A stretch of DNA of 64,000 nucleotides from Gammaproteobacteria bacterium (GCA_965215365.1 CBDCDS010000003.1:128001-192000), one strand, 5' to 3'; shown: positions 1-10,709, counted from the stretch's first letter. Notes: generated by a model not told the origin, from the letters alone. Numbers and translations are program-made.

Positions 1-131
1 TGGGAGGGGTTAAGGCCACCTCTAAACCTCCATGATCAGGGCGCTGCACACCCCGACAGTATGTAAATCTGTAAAATTTACACAGCAAAAATACCACGGA
101 GGGCATTTTTAATTGTGTTGTACTGCCTGCG

Positions 132-1409
132 TCATGGTCGCGGTGCCTCGGTCTGTGCGAGAGTGTCGTGCAGCCGTGTCTGCACATGGGTCATCAGTGA
201 CGGAATGCCGGGCTCGAACCAGTCGGTCGCGGTGGTCGTCTGCCAGGTATACCCCAACGCGGCCAGCTGCTCGAGTGCCGCCGTGGCTGCTGCCTCCTCC
301 AGGCCGAGTCCCGCGCATAACGTGGTGCGTAACGCCGCTTTATGCGCCTGCTCGGTGCCCTCGAAAACTCCGGCGACGAGCGCCCCCGCCTCGAGCAGGC
401 CGCGCGCTTCGAGCTCCAGATAACGCTTCCCGTAATAGCGTTGGCGCCGCGCCTCGACCGGCGCGTACCCCTGTTTGACGATGGCCGGCGTGACGGTGTA
501 ACCTTGGGCGTCATCGACCAGTGCCTCACACAGTGCCTCGCCCCAGAGCTGAATGAAATACGGGTAACATTGTGAGTCGGCCACCACGGACTCCAAGGCG
601 GCCGGGTCAAACGTCACCGACCAGCCGGCGAGCGGTTGGGTCAAGGCCTGTGCGGTAGCCTCTGGATCCAACCGGCCAATCGGCTGCACCTCGGAGTGAT
701 CCCAGAAGGTCGCGCTCATCTCGCCCAGATGCGCCTCGAGGTTGGGTGTCCCGGCCAGGATCAGGACGAACGGCGCGCCGGTGGCGCGCAGCTTCTGGCT
801 GATGTTCAGCAACCGCCGCCCGATGCCCACATCGAGCGTATGCGCCTCGTCCACGGTGACCAACAGCGGTTGGGTGCGACAGCGCGCCGTCAGCCAAGCC
901 AAGGCATGGACTGCGAGCTCCTCATCCGACACGGCGCTCAATGCGGCGCTGATCCCGGGACCATCGAGCGTGACACGCTCGAGCGACAGGCCACTCCGGC
1001 GCAGGGCGTTTTGCAGTCTCGCCATAAGTGTGCTCGGCCCTGCGGCCGTGGCGTCTGGCAGGGTCGGCGCGGCGAGCAACAGCGTCCTGATCAGAGCCGC
1101 CGGGGAATCGATGTCATCCGGTGTCAGCATGAGCGCGCTGATCCCGGCCTCGGCCGCCCGACGCTTGAAGTCCGCGAGCAACACGGTCTTGCCATTGCCG
1201 CGCGGCCCGTAGATCACCAGATCGCGCGCCGGGGCACTGTTATCTTGCAAGGGGTTTAACAGCGCATCGCAGGCGATCGTGGTCTCAGTGTCCCGCCCGG
1301 CGAGTTTGGGCGGGGTCACGCCCGTGCCGGCCTTAAATAAACCCTTTAATGCTTTTCGGTAGCGTGTGTCGCTGAACTCGTGCGGAAACGGTGCGGGCAT
1401 GGCGGCCAC
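132..1409 (-). CDS. AAA-family (AAA_16-like) P-loop ATPase
   Basis: 425 aa ORF; LAGRD motif, Walker A GPRGNGKT, Walker B VTVDEAH, CYPYFIQLWG motif. Confidence 0.8.
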   Translation of the reverse strand: MAAMPAPFPHEFSDTRYRKALKGLFKAGTGVTPPKLAGRDTETTIACDALLNPLQDNSAPARDLVIYGPRGNGKTVLLADFKRRAAEAGISALMLTPDDIDSPAALIRTLLLAAPTLPDATAAGPSTLMARLQNALRRSGLSLERVTLDGPGISAALSAVSDEELAVHALAWLTARCRTQPLLVTVDEAHTLDVGIGRRLLNISQKLRATGAPFVLILAGTPNLEAHLGEMSATFWDHSEVQPIGRLDPEATAQALTQPLAGWSVTFDPAALESVVADSQCYPYFIQLWGEALCEALVDDAQGYTVTPAIVKQGYAPVEARRQRYYGKRYLELEARGLLEAGALVAGVFEGTEQAHKAALRTTLCAGLGLEEAAATAALEQLAALGYTWQTTTATDWFEPGIPSLMTHVQTRLHDTLAQTEAPRP

Positions 1410-1683
1410 CTTGACAGGTCGATAGTGATGAGTATGAGTTTATCAGTACCGGAGGGCGCAATCAAGGACAGGACATGACCGTACAGGAACACCCGCCTGA
1501 CCGGTTGGATTACGGGGCCATGTGTTTCAGGGCGACTGGCGCTACGAATTACATCCTCGATAAAGTTGGAAACTTAAGGTGACATCTAAATCATATTTGA
1601 CATAATTGTAATATAAAACTATCCTGTTTCCCAACATTTACAGGTACATTGCCCAGTATGGAAGGTGAAGGGCATAAAGCAAC

Positions 1684-1718
1684 TATAGGGTGCCTCCAAT
1701 TAATAGAGGCACCCTATA
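1684..1718. repeat. Short palindrome, GGnnnCCTCTA-family copy
   Basis: TATAGGGTGCCTC-CAATTAATA-GAGGCACCCTATA; near-identical to 60714-60742 and related to 2195-2225. Confidence 0.8.
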
Positions 1719-1753
1719 CTTACTCAAACGCAAACCACAGGAGTCTGAAGCTA

Positions 1754-2212
1754 ATGCATATAATCAATTACATTCGGAATAGTTACCACCGCGCCGGCGC
1801 GCGCTGGTGCAATTCGCAACGCCTGCCGGGCATGGTCGTGCTGTGTCTGGCACTGGCAATCTCCGGCGCCCAGGCGCAAACGGCGGTCACCGTTACGTTC
1901 AAGGTGGACGTGACCGGTATTGAGATAGAGGACGGCGTTTATATCACCGGCAGCTTTACCGGCCCGGAGGGGCAGTGGCAGCTGCTGCCGATGACTGCGG
2001 AGGGCGGCGGCATTTATTCCCATAGCGCTGAACTCAACCCCGGCGCTGAGGGCGCCTATTATTTCCTGAGAGGAAACGATTGGAGCTTGCGCGAGTGGGT
2101 GCCGGCGGAATGCGCGCTGATGTGGGATGTGGATCGGAAATATGTGATTCCCGCAGCAGATGTGACTTACGCCTTCCGCTACAGTTCATGCGAGACGGTT
2201 ACCTCTAATTAA
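1754..2212 (+). CDS. Secreted protein with CBM20/Ig-like carbohydrate-binding module, possibly C-terminally truncated
   Basis: AGGAG upstream of ATG 1754; signal peptide ending AQAQ; VTFKVD...VYITGSF...W...MT pattern; stop lies inside the 2195-2225 palindrome. Confidence 0.55.
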   Translation: MHIINYIRNSYHRAGARWCNSQRLPGMVVLCLALAISGAQAQTAVTVTFKVDVTGIEIEDGVYITGSFTGPEGQWQLLPMTAEGGGIYSHSAELNPGAEGAYYFLRGNDWSLREWVPAECALMWDVDRKYVIPAADVTYAFRYSSCETVTSN

Positions 2213-2225
2213 TAGAGGTGACCGT
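2195..2225. repeat. Short palindrome, GGnnnCCTCTA-family copy
   Basis: ACGGTTACCTCTA-ATTAA-TAGAGGTGACCGT. Confidence 0.8.
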
Positions 2226-2241
2226 AACCACTCGCCCCCTG

Positions 2242-2358
2242 GTCGTCATTCCCGCGAATGCGGGAATCCAGTCGCTCAAACAGTCGCTTGCGACACCTTA
2301 TAGAGTGTCCCTTCGGGACTTTTCCCCACTGGATTCCCGCATGCGCGGGAATGACGGC
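2242..2358. repeat. Inverted pair of REP-like units (GTCATTCCCGCGnnnGCGGGAATCCA)
   Basis: GTCGTCATTCCCGCGAATGCGGGAATCCAGT (2242-2272) and inverted ACTGGATTCCCGCATGCGCGGGAATGACGGC (2328-2358). Confidence 0.85.
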
Positions 2359-2409
2359 GAGTAGAGCAGCAATGACAAACGGGGGGAGTGAGTAGTTACA
2401 AGTGACCTT

Positions 2410-4782
2410 ATGAAGATTTGGCGCAAGCAATTACTGGCATTGGCGTTATTCCCGGCAATAATCTGCGCGGGTGCCGGCGCGGCGGCAGGGGATGCCCCAG
2501 GTACTGGGCCCACCGCCGCGCCCGCCGCTATGGTCGCGCCGCCGGCTGCAATACCGATGAACGAGGGTTGGTCGTTTTTCCGTTTTGCGCCGGCTGAGAC
2601 CTTCGATCCTGAAAACCTGCCGGCCGCCGGCTGGGAACGGGTAACGCTGCCTCACAGCGCACGGCTCGAAGCGCGGGTGTTCACCGGGCAGTGGCAGGGC
2701 GATGCACTCTATCGGCGCCGGTTGTTCGTGCCCCAGGACTGGGAAGACAAGGCTATCTGGCTGCGTTTTGAAGGCGCCATGATGGTTGCCGAAATTTATC
2801 TGAACGGGGTTCCCGTGGGCAAGCATCAGGGCGGCTACCTGCCGTTTACCCTGGACCTTTCGGGGCTGCTGCGAGTGGGGGAGTATAACCAACTGCTGGT
2901 ACATCTGGACAACCGGGACAACCCGATTACCGGGCCAAAGCCGCTGGAGCTGCTGGACTTTAATTACTACGGCGGGCTGTATCGAGAGGTGCGGCTGTTC
3001 GTTCGAGAGCGCTTGCATATTACCGATGAGATGCTGGCAGACCGCGTGGCCGGCGGCGGAATTTTTGTAACGTATCCGCGCATCACCCCGACGCGCGCCG
3101 AGGTATCGGTTAAGACCCACATAGCCAATACCGGCCCGGCGCCGGGTCATTTCAAGGTTAAACACATTGTCATGGATGGGGCACAACGGGTGACTTCGTC
3201 GGTCTCCGAAGCCTTGACTTTGGGTACAATGAGTGACGTTGAGCATACCGCCGTACTGACGGTTGCTGCGCCGAAATTATGGTCGCCGCGCACGCCGGCG
3301 CTTTATACCCTGATAACCCACCTAGAAGCAGGAGGCCGGCTGCTTGACACACGCACCACGCCCATCGGCATCCGCCATATCGAAATCGGCGCCGCCGGTT
3401 TGTTCATCAACGGCGAACAGATGTTTCTGCGCGGTGTCAACCGGCACCAGGAATACCCTTACGTAGGCTATGCCCTGTCTCCCAATGCAGATTACCGGGA
3501 TGCCAAGCTCATCAAGGAAGCCGGCTTCGATTATGTGCGCCTGTCCCATTATCCGCATTCACGCCATTTCATGCGGGCTGCCGATGAAATCGGTCTGGTG
3601 TTGCTCAATGCCATTTTGGGATGGCAGTACTATAACCCGGCCCCGGCGTTTTCCGAACACGTCAAACAGACCTGTCGCGACTTGATCCGGCGCGACCGCA
3701 ATCATCCCAGCGTGCTGGCCTGGGAGTGTTCCTTAAATGAGAGCCAGATGCCAACGGCACTGGTTGATGAACTACACGACATCGTCCACCAGGAATATCC
3801 TGGCGGGCAGACCTACTCAGCCGGCTGGACGCGTCGCGGGTACGACATCTTTCTTGAAGCTCGGCAACATCGCCTGCGTCATCCGGGGCGGCCGTTGCCG
3901 AACAAGCCGTACATCGTGTCGGAGTACGGCGATTGGGAATATTATGCCCAGAATGCCGGCTTGCATCAGGAGCAGTGGCAAGACCTGTCGGCGGCCGCGC
4001 GTTCCAGCAGGCAACTGCTCGCGCACGGAGAAACCAGACTTATGCAGCAGGCGACCAATGTCCAGGAAGCGCATAACGACAACCTGTCAACCCCGGCGTT
4101 GGCCGATGGCTACTGGGTCATGTTCGATTACAACCGCGGCTACGCCGCCGACCTAGAGGCCTCAGGGCTGATGAGTCTGGAACGCATCGCCAAGCCCGCT
4201 TATTACTTTTTCCGCAGCCAGCGGGCTGCACAAGAGTTATCTGCGCGTTACGCCAGCGGCCCTTTCGTCCATATAGCCAGCGAATGGCGCGCGGACTCGC
4301 CGCGTCCGGTGCGGGTTTTTGCCAACGCCGATACGGTGGAATTATTTCTCAACGGAACTTCTCTTGGCCGTCAGACTCCCGACCGTGACCGCATTTCGAG
4401 CAATCTGCGCCAGCCGCCGTTTACGTTTGCAATCCCGTATTTTCAAGCCGGCACACTGGCAGCGGTTGCCTACGCTGACGGTGTGGAGATTGCACGTCAC
4501 GCAGTGACTACGCCCGGCGCGGCGGTGCGCGTGATGGCCGGGTTGGCGACCCAGGGTATCAGGCCGGTTGCCAATGATTTGCTGTTTGTCCACGCCAGTA
4601 TCATTGATGCCAACGGCACTACCGTGCCGGTGACCGGCATGCGTGTCAAATTTACCGTCAGTGACGATCTGGAGTTTGTCGGGCCTGACACGGCAAGCAG
4701 CGAAAATGGCACCGCGGCCGTGCTGGTAAGGGTAAAACAGGCGGATGGGGAACAATCTGTTGGCGCCAGCATGATGCAATAA
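2410..4782 (+). CDS. Secreted glycoside hydrolase family 2 (beta-galactosidase-like)
   Basis: Signal peptide; LRFEGA, HQGGYLPF, YYGGLYREV, RGVNRHQEYP, RLSHYP, RDRNHPS...NE, VSEYG motifs. Confidence 0.92.
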   Translation: MKIWRKQLLALALFPAIICAGAGAAAGDAPGTGPTAAPAAMVAPPAAIPMNEGWSFFRFAPAETFDPENLPAAGWERVTLPHSARLEARVFTGQWQGDALYRRRLFVPQDWEDKAIWLRFEGAMMVAEIYLNGVPVGKHQGGYLPFTLDLSGLLRVGEYNQLLVHLDNRDNPITGPKPLELLDFNYYGGLYREVRLFVRERLHITDEMLADRVAGGGIFVTYPRITPTRAEVSVKTHIANTGPAPGHFKVKHIVMDGAQRVTSSVSEALTLGTMSDVEHTAVLTVAAPKLWSPRTPALYTLITHLEAGGRLLDTRTTPIGIRHIEIGAAGLFINGEQMFLRGVNRHQEYPYVGYALSPNADYRDAKLIKEAGFDYVRLSHYPHSRHFMRAADEIGLVLLNAILGWQYYNPAPAFSEHVKQTCRDLIRRDRNHPSVLAWECSLNESQMPTALVDELHDIVHQEYPGGQTYSAGWTRRGYDIFLEARQHRLRHPGRPLPNKPYIVSEYGDWEYYAQNAGLHQEQWQDLSAAARSSRQLLAHGETRLMQQATNVQEAHNDNLSTPALADGYWVMFDYNRGYAADLEASGLMSLERIAKPAYYFFRSQRAAQELSARYASGPFVHIASEWRADSPRPVRVFANADTVELFLNGTSLGRQTPDRDRISSNLRQPPFTFAIPYFQAGTLAAVAYADGVEIARHAVTTPGAAVRVMAGLATQGIRPVANDLLFVHASIIDANGTTVPVTGMRVKFTVSDDLEFVGPDTASSENGTAAVLVRVKQADGEQSVGASMMQ

Positions 4783-4799
4783 AGGGCGCTTGTGAGGGT

Positions 4800-5525
4800 T
4801 TACTGGCTGCTTGCTTCTTTGTATGAGCGGATCAGTTGCATGGCTTCATCAATGATCAGGTGCATTGCCTGTTCTGCGGCCGCCGGGTCCCGGGCTGCGA
4901 TCGCAGCGGCCACTGCCTCGTGTGCTTCGACACTGGCAAATTCAACCCCTTTGAAGCGGTTGGTCAAGCGGATGCTGAAGCGCAAGGCGGTGCCAATCAG
5001 CTCCCGTAACTGTTGGATGAACCGGTTATTGCTGGCCATGAGCACGGCAACGTGAAAGGCAATATCCGATTCCTGCGGGTCGTCTTCCCCCCGTTCGGCG
5101 GCCTGCATGCGTGCCAGTGCGTTGCGAATCAACAGCAAATCACGGTCTGTGGCGCGGGTGGCCGCAAGCGCTGCGGCCAGCGGCTCGAACACGCGCCGGA
5201 CCTCGGTAAACTCTTCCACGAGCGAGATATCGAGTTTACGCTCCAGTAACCATCTGAGCACATCCGGGTCCAGAAAATTCCAGTTTTGCTCGGGCTCAAT
5301 CCAAGTGCCCAGACGCGGTCTGGCACCCACCAGTCCCTTGGCCGTCAACATTTTAACGGCTTCCCGGAGTATGCTGCGACTGGCGCCGAACTGTTGGCAA
5401 AGTTCTGCCTCGGTCGGAAACTTGTCGTCGGAAGAATAGGCGCCAGACACGATCGAGGTGCCCAGATCGTGCACGATGCTATACGTCAGGCTGCGGCCAG
5501 ATGCGTAATTCATGGTTAAGCTCAA
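4800..5525 (-). CDS. FadR/GntR-family transcriptional regulator
   Basis: PTEAELCQQFGASRSILREAVKML winged HTH; FCD domain DIAFH...SNNRF. Confidence 0.92.
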   Translation of the reverse strand: MSLTMNYASGRSLTYSIVHDLGTSIVSGAYSSDDKFPTEAELCQQFGASRSILREAVKMLTAKGLVGARPRLGTWIEPEQNWNFLDPDVLRWLLERKLDISLVEEFTEVRRVFEPLAAALAATRATDRDLLLIRNALARMQAAERGEDDPQESDIAFHVAVLMASNNRFIQQLRELIGTALRFSIRLTNRFKGVEFASVEAHEAVAAAIAARDPAAAEQAMHLIIDEAMQLIRSYKEASSQ

Positions 5526-6424
5526 GGTCTCTCCGGTATAAAACGAGATACGGGCAACCCCGAAACGCCCACCCGATACACAAAAACGTTTCCGGCCTCC
5601 GGCTGCTCGCGCAAATCGGCCTCAGCAAGCCCCTCTCTCGCAGACGTTACAAATAACAAATCCAGGTCAGCGCCACCGAAGGTAACACAAGTCGGTTGAG
5701 TGACCGGTAACTCCAGTATCGTATCTGTTTCCCCGGCAGGGGTATAGCGCACCACCTTGCCCGCACCCCAGTGGGCACTCCACAGACAGCCGTCACAGTC
5801 CGTTTCCGCGCCATCAGGGGCGCTGCCGCTGGCCGTCACTGCCAGCACCTCACGATTGTGCATTGTGCCTGATTCCGGGTCGAAATCATAGCAGTAAATG
5901 GTTCGGCGGCTGGAGTCGGCAAAATACATGCGCTCAGCGTCGGGGCTCCAGCACAGGCCGTTGGCGATACCGATACCGCTTTCATGCAGACGTAGCCGGT
6001 ATTCGGCGTCAAGACTGTACAGGTTGCCTGCGGCCTTGAGGGTGGGGTCGCCGGCTTCGACCATGGTGCCGCTCCAGAAGCGCCCCTGACGGTCAACTTT
6101 GCCGTCGTTGAAGCGCACCTCGGCAGCTAATTCGCATGGAGCTTGCAGCGGTTTGCTGTCTGTTGAAGTGGGGTCGTACAAGGCGATGCCGCGGTCAAAT
6201 GCAGCGATCAGCTCTGCGCGGCGCGCAACGAAGCCAAACGAACATAACCGGTAAGGGGTCGGGTATTGCTTCAAGGCGCCGTTGGCGGGACGGTAGTGGT
6301 ACAGCCGCCGGGCCTGGATGTCCGTCCACCAAAGCGTCTGTGTTAGCTCATCCCACTGCACGCCTTCGCCGAGGATGTTGCCAGCCTTGATGATGTCGAG
6401 CAGCGCTGGTTTCACGGCTACCAC
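5522..6424 (-). CDS. SMP-30/gluconolactonase-family sugar lactonase
   Basis: LGEG...W, RFNDGKVD, IANGLCWSPD, PDGA, CVTFGG motifs. Confidence 0.92.
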   Translation of the reverse strand: MVAVKPALLDIIKAGNILGEGVQWDELTQTLWWTDIQARRLYHYRPANGALKQYPTPYRLCSFGFVARRAELIAAFDRGIALYDPTSTDSKPLQAPCELAAEVRFNDGKVDRQGRFWSGTMVEAGDPTLKAAGNLYSLDAEYRLRLHESGIGIANGLCWSPDAERMYFADSSRRTIYCYDFDPESGTMHNREVLAVTASGSAPDGAETDCDGCLWSAHWGAGKVVRYTPAGETDTILELPVTQPTCVTFGGADLDLLFVTSAREGLAEADLREQPEAGNVFVYRVGVSGLPVSRFIPERP

Positions 6425-7986
6425 CAGGTCGCGTAGAGTGCTGTGAGGATCAGGATAACGCCAACTGCCGCAGTGTTAAAACCGGGGCTTGTGGCAAAAT
6501 CCGCAGCGCGGTAGTCAACTGCGCCGCCCTGTTCTCGCGCCGCCGTGCGGAAACTTAGGGAACAACCCACCGCAACCATGACACACAACAGAAAAACCAG
6601 CCCCACGCGGTCGATAAAGGGCAAGGCCGGCCACAGCAGTTTAAGCACAAAAGAAAGGAGCGCCGAACCGACTGCGGCAGTCATTGCGCCATAAGAGTTC
6701 ATGCCTTGCCAGAACATGCCCAGCAGAAATATGACAACGATGCCGGGAGTGAAAAATCCGGTAAATTCCTGGATGTACTGAAATGCCTGGTCAAAGTTAC
6801 CCAGTAATGGTTGGGCACAGATCATGCCCAGCGCCAGCGCCGCAAAGCCGATGCACCTGCCGGCAATCACCAGCTGTCTTTCATTTGCGTCGGGGCGCAG
6901 GTGGCGATAAATATCCATAGTCGAAATTGTTGAGATGCTGTTTACCATGGAGCCGATGGAAGAGAGAATCGCCGCGATCAAGGCGGCAAATACCAGCCCG
7001 CGCAGTCCTGCCGGCACCAATTTCATCATTTCCGGGTAGGCCTGGTCGGGAACGGCCAGCCCCGGCGCCAATACGAACGCGGCGATGCCGGGCAAGACCA
7101 CGATCACGGGCATCAGCAATTTCAGGTAGGCGGCCAACGCGATACCTTTTTGCGCTTCCCGTAAACTGCGGGCGGCCAGGGCGCGTTGGATAATATACTG
7201 GTTGAAGCCCCAGTAGGAGAGGTTCATAATCCACATGCCGCCGACCAGCACGGAGATGCCGGGCAGACTGATATAGTGGGGATTGTCCGGCGTCAGAATC
7301 AGGTCAAATTTTTCCGGCGCCCGCTCCATTAACTCAACAAAGCCGGCAACCGCGCCCTCGCCCTGACCCAGCGCCTGCAGTGACAGTAAGGAGATCAACA
7401 GCCCGCCGAATATCAGCAGTACGACCTGAATGATGTCGGTCAGCGCTATCGCTTTCAGGCCGCCGTAGAGCGAGTAGGCCGTGGCCAGCAAGCCGAGCAG
7501 CAGCAATCCATAGGCATAATCCAGGCCGGTGATTGCATTAATTGCCAACGCGCCCAACCAGAGTATGGACGTTAAGTTGACGAACACATAGACGCCCAGC
7601 CAGAATACCGCAAGCAGCATGCACACGCGCCGGTCGTAGCGCTGTTGCAGGTATTGCGGCATGGTGCAGATATTGTTACGCAGAAAGATGGGCAGGAAAT
7701 ACTTGCCGACGATGATAAGGGTAATGGCTGACAGCCACTCATAGGACGCAATAGCCAGACCGATTACATAACCGGAGCCGGACATGCCGATGATCTGCTC
7801 GGCGGAGATATTGGCGGCGATCAGGGAGGCGCCTATGGCCCACCACGGCAAGGTTCTGCCGGCTAGGAAGTAGTCGTTAGTGTCTTTTTGATGGCCGTGA
7901 GAATCTCGCGATACCCAGGTCGCGAGACCCACTATGGCTAGCGCGTACACGGCTATGATGACTATATCTATGGTGGCAAGCTGCAT
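6418..7986 (-). CDS. Sodium:sugar symporter (SSS family, SGLT-like)
   Basis: YFLAGR.LPWWAIGASLIAANISAEQ, YGGLKA, NQYIIQRALAA; many TM helices. Confidence 0.92.
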   Translation of the reverse strand: MQLATIDIVIIAVYALAIVGLATWVSRDSHGHQKDTNDYFLAGRTLPWWAIGASLIAANISAEQIIGMSGSGYVIGLAIASYEWLSAITLIIVGKYFLPIFLRNNICTMPQYLQQRYDRRVCMLLAVFWLGVYVFVNLTSILWLGALAINAITGLDYAYGLLLLGLLATAYSLYGGLKAIALTDIIQVVLLIFGGLLISLLSLQALGQGEGAVAGFVELMERAPEKFDLILTPDNPHYISLPGISVLVGGMWIMNLSYWGFNQYIIQRALAARSLREAQKGIALAAYLKLLMPVIVVLPGIAAFVLAPGLAVPDQAYPEMMKLVPAGLRGLVFAALIAAILSSIGSMVNSISTISTMDIYRHLRPDANERQLVIAGRCIGFAALALGMICAQPLLGNFDQAFQYIQEFTGFFTPGIVVIFLLGMFWQGMNSYGAMTAAVGSALLSFVLKLLWPALPFIDRVGLVFLLCVMVAVGCSLSFRTAAREQGGAVDYRAADFATSPGFNTAAVGVILILTALYATWW

Positions 7987-8029
7987 TGTCAGAATTACCG
8001 GTGAAATGTGACTGAGAGTTGCAAGTCAG

Positions 8030-8053
8030 TCATTATATATGATATATCTGATA
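8030..8053. promoter_or_regulatory. Possible GntR/FadR operator in divergent promoter region
   Basis: AT-rich quasi-palindrome TCATTATATATGATATATCTGATA between divergent sugar operons; function inferred only. Confidence 0.3.
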
Positions 8054-8093
8054 AAAGTGTAGCAGGTAACTTGAAGACAAGGTTTATGCAGAC

Positions 8094-8900
8094 ATGCAGA
8101 CAACACAACAACATCAATCAGACCTCGCGCCCACCGCGGCGGCGCCACAGTTCCCCGATCTCAAGGGGCGCACCGTATTTATCACCGGCGGCGGTTCCGG
8201 CATAGGCGCGGAATTTACCCGTGCCTTCGCCCGCCAGGGCGCCAGGGTGGCCTTCGTTTCATTACGCCAGGAGGTCGCCGACAAACTTTGCGATGAGGTT
8301 GAGCGAGCGACTGCGACCCGACCGTTTTACCGGCGTTGTGACATACGCGACATTACCGCCCTGCAGGAGGCCATGGTCGCGGCGGCTGACGCGTTAGGCC
8401 CCATCAGCATACTGATCAATAATGCTGCCAGAGACACGCGCCACACGCTCGCCTCAATGCGCGCAGATGAGTGGGACGACTTGTTGAACATCAACCTGCG
8501 CCCGTACTTTTTTACCTCCCAGGCCGTGCAGCCGGCCATGACCGAACTGGGCTACGGCAGTATTATCAACATGGGTTCCAACTCTGCCAACATGGGGCTC
8601 ACCGGTTATCCTGCTTATGTCGCCTCAAAAGCTGCCATTGTCGGCATGACCAAGGCGCTGGCGCGGGAGCTGGGGCCGGCTAATATCCGCGTCAATGCCC
8701 TGATATCCGGTTGGGTGCTCACGGCGCGCCAGAAGCAGTTGTGGGCGACGGAGCAAGCAGTCGCCGAGTGTCTGCAACAGCAGTCATTGAAGACTGCGCT
8801 GACCGAACAGGACATTGCCCATACGGCCCTGTTTCTGGCCTCCGACGCCGCTGCCATGATTACCGGTCAAGCGCTCGTTGTCGATGGCGGACGGGCCTGA
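8094..8900 (+). CDS. SDR-family sugar dehydrogenase (xylose/galactose dehydrogenase-like)
   Basis: TGGGSGIG, NNAA, YVASK catalytic motif, GWVLT.RQ. Confidence 0.88.
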   Translation: MQTTQQHQSDLAPTAAAPQFPDLKGRTVFITGGGSGIGAEFTRAFARQGARVAFVSLRQEVADKLCDEVERATATRPFYRRCDIRDITALQEAMVAAADALGPISILINNAARDTRHTLASMRADEWDDLLNINLRPYFFTSQAVQPAMTELGYGSIINMGSNSANMGLTGYPAYVASKAAIVGMTKALARELGPANIRVNALISGWVLTARQKQLWATEQAVAECLQQQSLKTALTEQDIAHTALFLASDAAAMITGQALVVDGGRA

Positions 8901-8920
8901 GGTCAGGGCCCCGACTCGCC

Positions 8921-10693
8921 ATGCCAACCAACAAAAAGCTACGCAGCCGCGACTGGTTCGACAACCCGGATATGCCGGGGATGACAGCTCTGTACCTGGA
9001 GCGATACCTGAATTATGGCCTGACCCGGGAGGAGCTGCAATCGAACCGGCCGGTCATCGGCATCGCCCAGACCGGTTCTGATCTGGCGCCGTGCAACCGC
9101 TTGCACCTGACATTGGCAACACGGGTCAAGGAGGGTATCCGCGATGCCGGCGGCATACCCCTGGAATTTCCGGTCCACCCCATCCAGGAAACCGGCCGGC
9201 GACCCACTGCGGCATTGGACCGGAACCTGCAAAGCATATCCTTGATCGAGGTGCTGCACGGCTACCCGCTCGATGGCGTCGTGCTGACCACGGGCTGCGA
9301 CAAAACCACCGGCGCGTTACTGATGGGCGCGGCGAGCGTCAACCTGCCGGCCATTGCCTTGTCGGTCGGGCCGATGCTGAATGGCTACTACCTGGGTAAT
9401 TGCGTGGGTTCCGGGTCGATCATCTGGGACGCGCGGCGGCGCTTATCGGGCGGCGAGATTACCAGGGAGGAATTTATGGAGCTCGTGGCCGGTTCCAGTC
9501 CGTCTGCCGGTCATTGCAACACCATGGGCACGGCGCTGACCATGAATTGCCTGAGCGAGGTGCTGGGCATGACCTTGCCTGGCTGCGCCTCGATTCCAGC
9601 GCCGTACCGCGAGCGCCAGCAGCTGGCGTATCTGACCGGCAAGAGAAGTGTTGAGATAGTCTGGGAAAATCTCACGCCTGACAGGATTCTGGGACGCAAA
9701 GCATTCATAAACGCCATTGCGGTGTGTGCCGCCATCGGTGGTTCGACCAATGCCCCGATTCATATCAATGCCATCGCCCGCCACGCCAACGTGCCGTTGG
9801 ATATGTCGGATTGGCAGGAGCAGGGACAGCAAATACCCTTAATCGTCAACTGCCAACCTGCGGGGGAGCAGCTGGCGGAAGATTTTCACCGCGCCGGCGG
9901 CTTGGCGGCGGTGCTCAATGAAATGCTCAAGGCCGGATTGCTGCATGGCGACCAAACCACCGTCAGCGGCAATACCCTGAGTGAAAACTATGCCGGCTGT
10001 ACGATTGTTGACGCAAAAACGATCAAGACCGTGCGGGAACCGCTACAGTCCCGGGCCGGGTTCATGGTGTTCAACGGTAACCTGTTTGAATCGGCGCTTA
10101 TGAAAGTGTCTGTCATCGATCAATCGTTCCGGGATGACTATTTATCAGACGCCGACGACCCCGACGCCTTCGAGGGGGAAGCCGTAGTATTTGATGGCCC
10201 GGAAGACTATCACGCGCGTATCAACGACCCGTCCCTGCGTGTTTCAAAAAGAAGTATCCTGGTGATGCGCGGCGCTGGTCCTGTTGCCTATCCCGGCTCT
10301 GCCGAAGTCGTCAACATGCAACCCCCCGATGCCCTGATCAGACAAGGTATCCCGGCCCTGCCCACGATTGGCGACGGCCGCCAGAGTGGCACCTCCGCCG
10401 CGCCCTCAATTCTGAACGCCTCACCAGAGGCAGCGATGGGAGGCAATCTGGCGATACTGAAAAATGGTGACAGGATACGCATTGACTTGAACAAGCGCCG
10501 GGTTGATGTCCTCATTGACGAGGCCGAGATCGCCCGCCGCCACAAAACCTTTCAGTTGCGCATACCAGAGCATCAAACCTGGTGGCAGCAGTTATACCGG
10601 CAACATGTATCGTCGCTCAGTACCGGCGCAGTATTCGATGAAATGCTTGCCTATCGGGACACAGCCGGAATAATACCGCGCCACTCACACTGA
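8921..10693 (+). CDS. IlvD/Edd-family sugar-acid dehydratase
   Basis: LRSRDWFDNP, PCN, GCDKT, GHCNTMGTA, GGSTN, GDGRQSGT; start reassigned to ATG 8921 after the SDR stop. Confidence 0.92.
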   Translation: MPTNKKLRSRDWFDNPDMPGMTALYLERYLNYGLTREELQSNRPVIGIAQTGSDLAPCNRLHLTLATRVKEGIRDAGGIPLEFPVHPIQETGRRPTAALDRNLQSISLIEVLHGYPLDGVVLTTGCDKTTGALLMGAASVNLPAIALSVGPMLNGYYLGNCVGSGSIIWDARRRLSGGEITREEFMELVAGSSPSAGHCNTMGTALTMNCLSEVLGMTLPGCASIPAPYRERQQLAYLTGKRSVEIVWENLTPDRILGRKAFINAIAVCAAIGGSTNAPIHINAIARHANVPLDMSDWQEQGQQIPLIVNCQPAGEQLAEDFHRAGGLAAVLNEMLKAGLLHGDQTTVSGNTLSENYAGCTIVDAKTIKTVREPLQSRAGFMVFNGNLFESALMKVSVIDQSFRDDYLSDADDPDAFEGEAVVFDGPEDYHARINDPSLRVSKRSILVMRGAGPVAYPGSAEVVNMQPPDALIRQGIPALPTIGDGRQSGTSAAPSILNASPEAAMGGNLAILKNGDRIRIDLNKRRVDVLIDEAEIARRHKTFQLRIPEHQTWWQQLYRQHVSSLSTGAVFDEMLAYRDTAGIIPRHSH

Positions 10694-10709
10694 AGCGCGT
10701 GCGCAACAG

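Noticed and set aside
8711-8920. Long N-terminal extensions in the ORF track (also 30849, 32602, 48593, 62880, 63248)
   Set aside because: They overlap neighbouring genes or intergenic DNA. Family-typical N-termini, and in some cases SD sequences, point to later starts.
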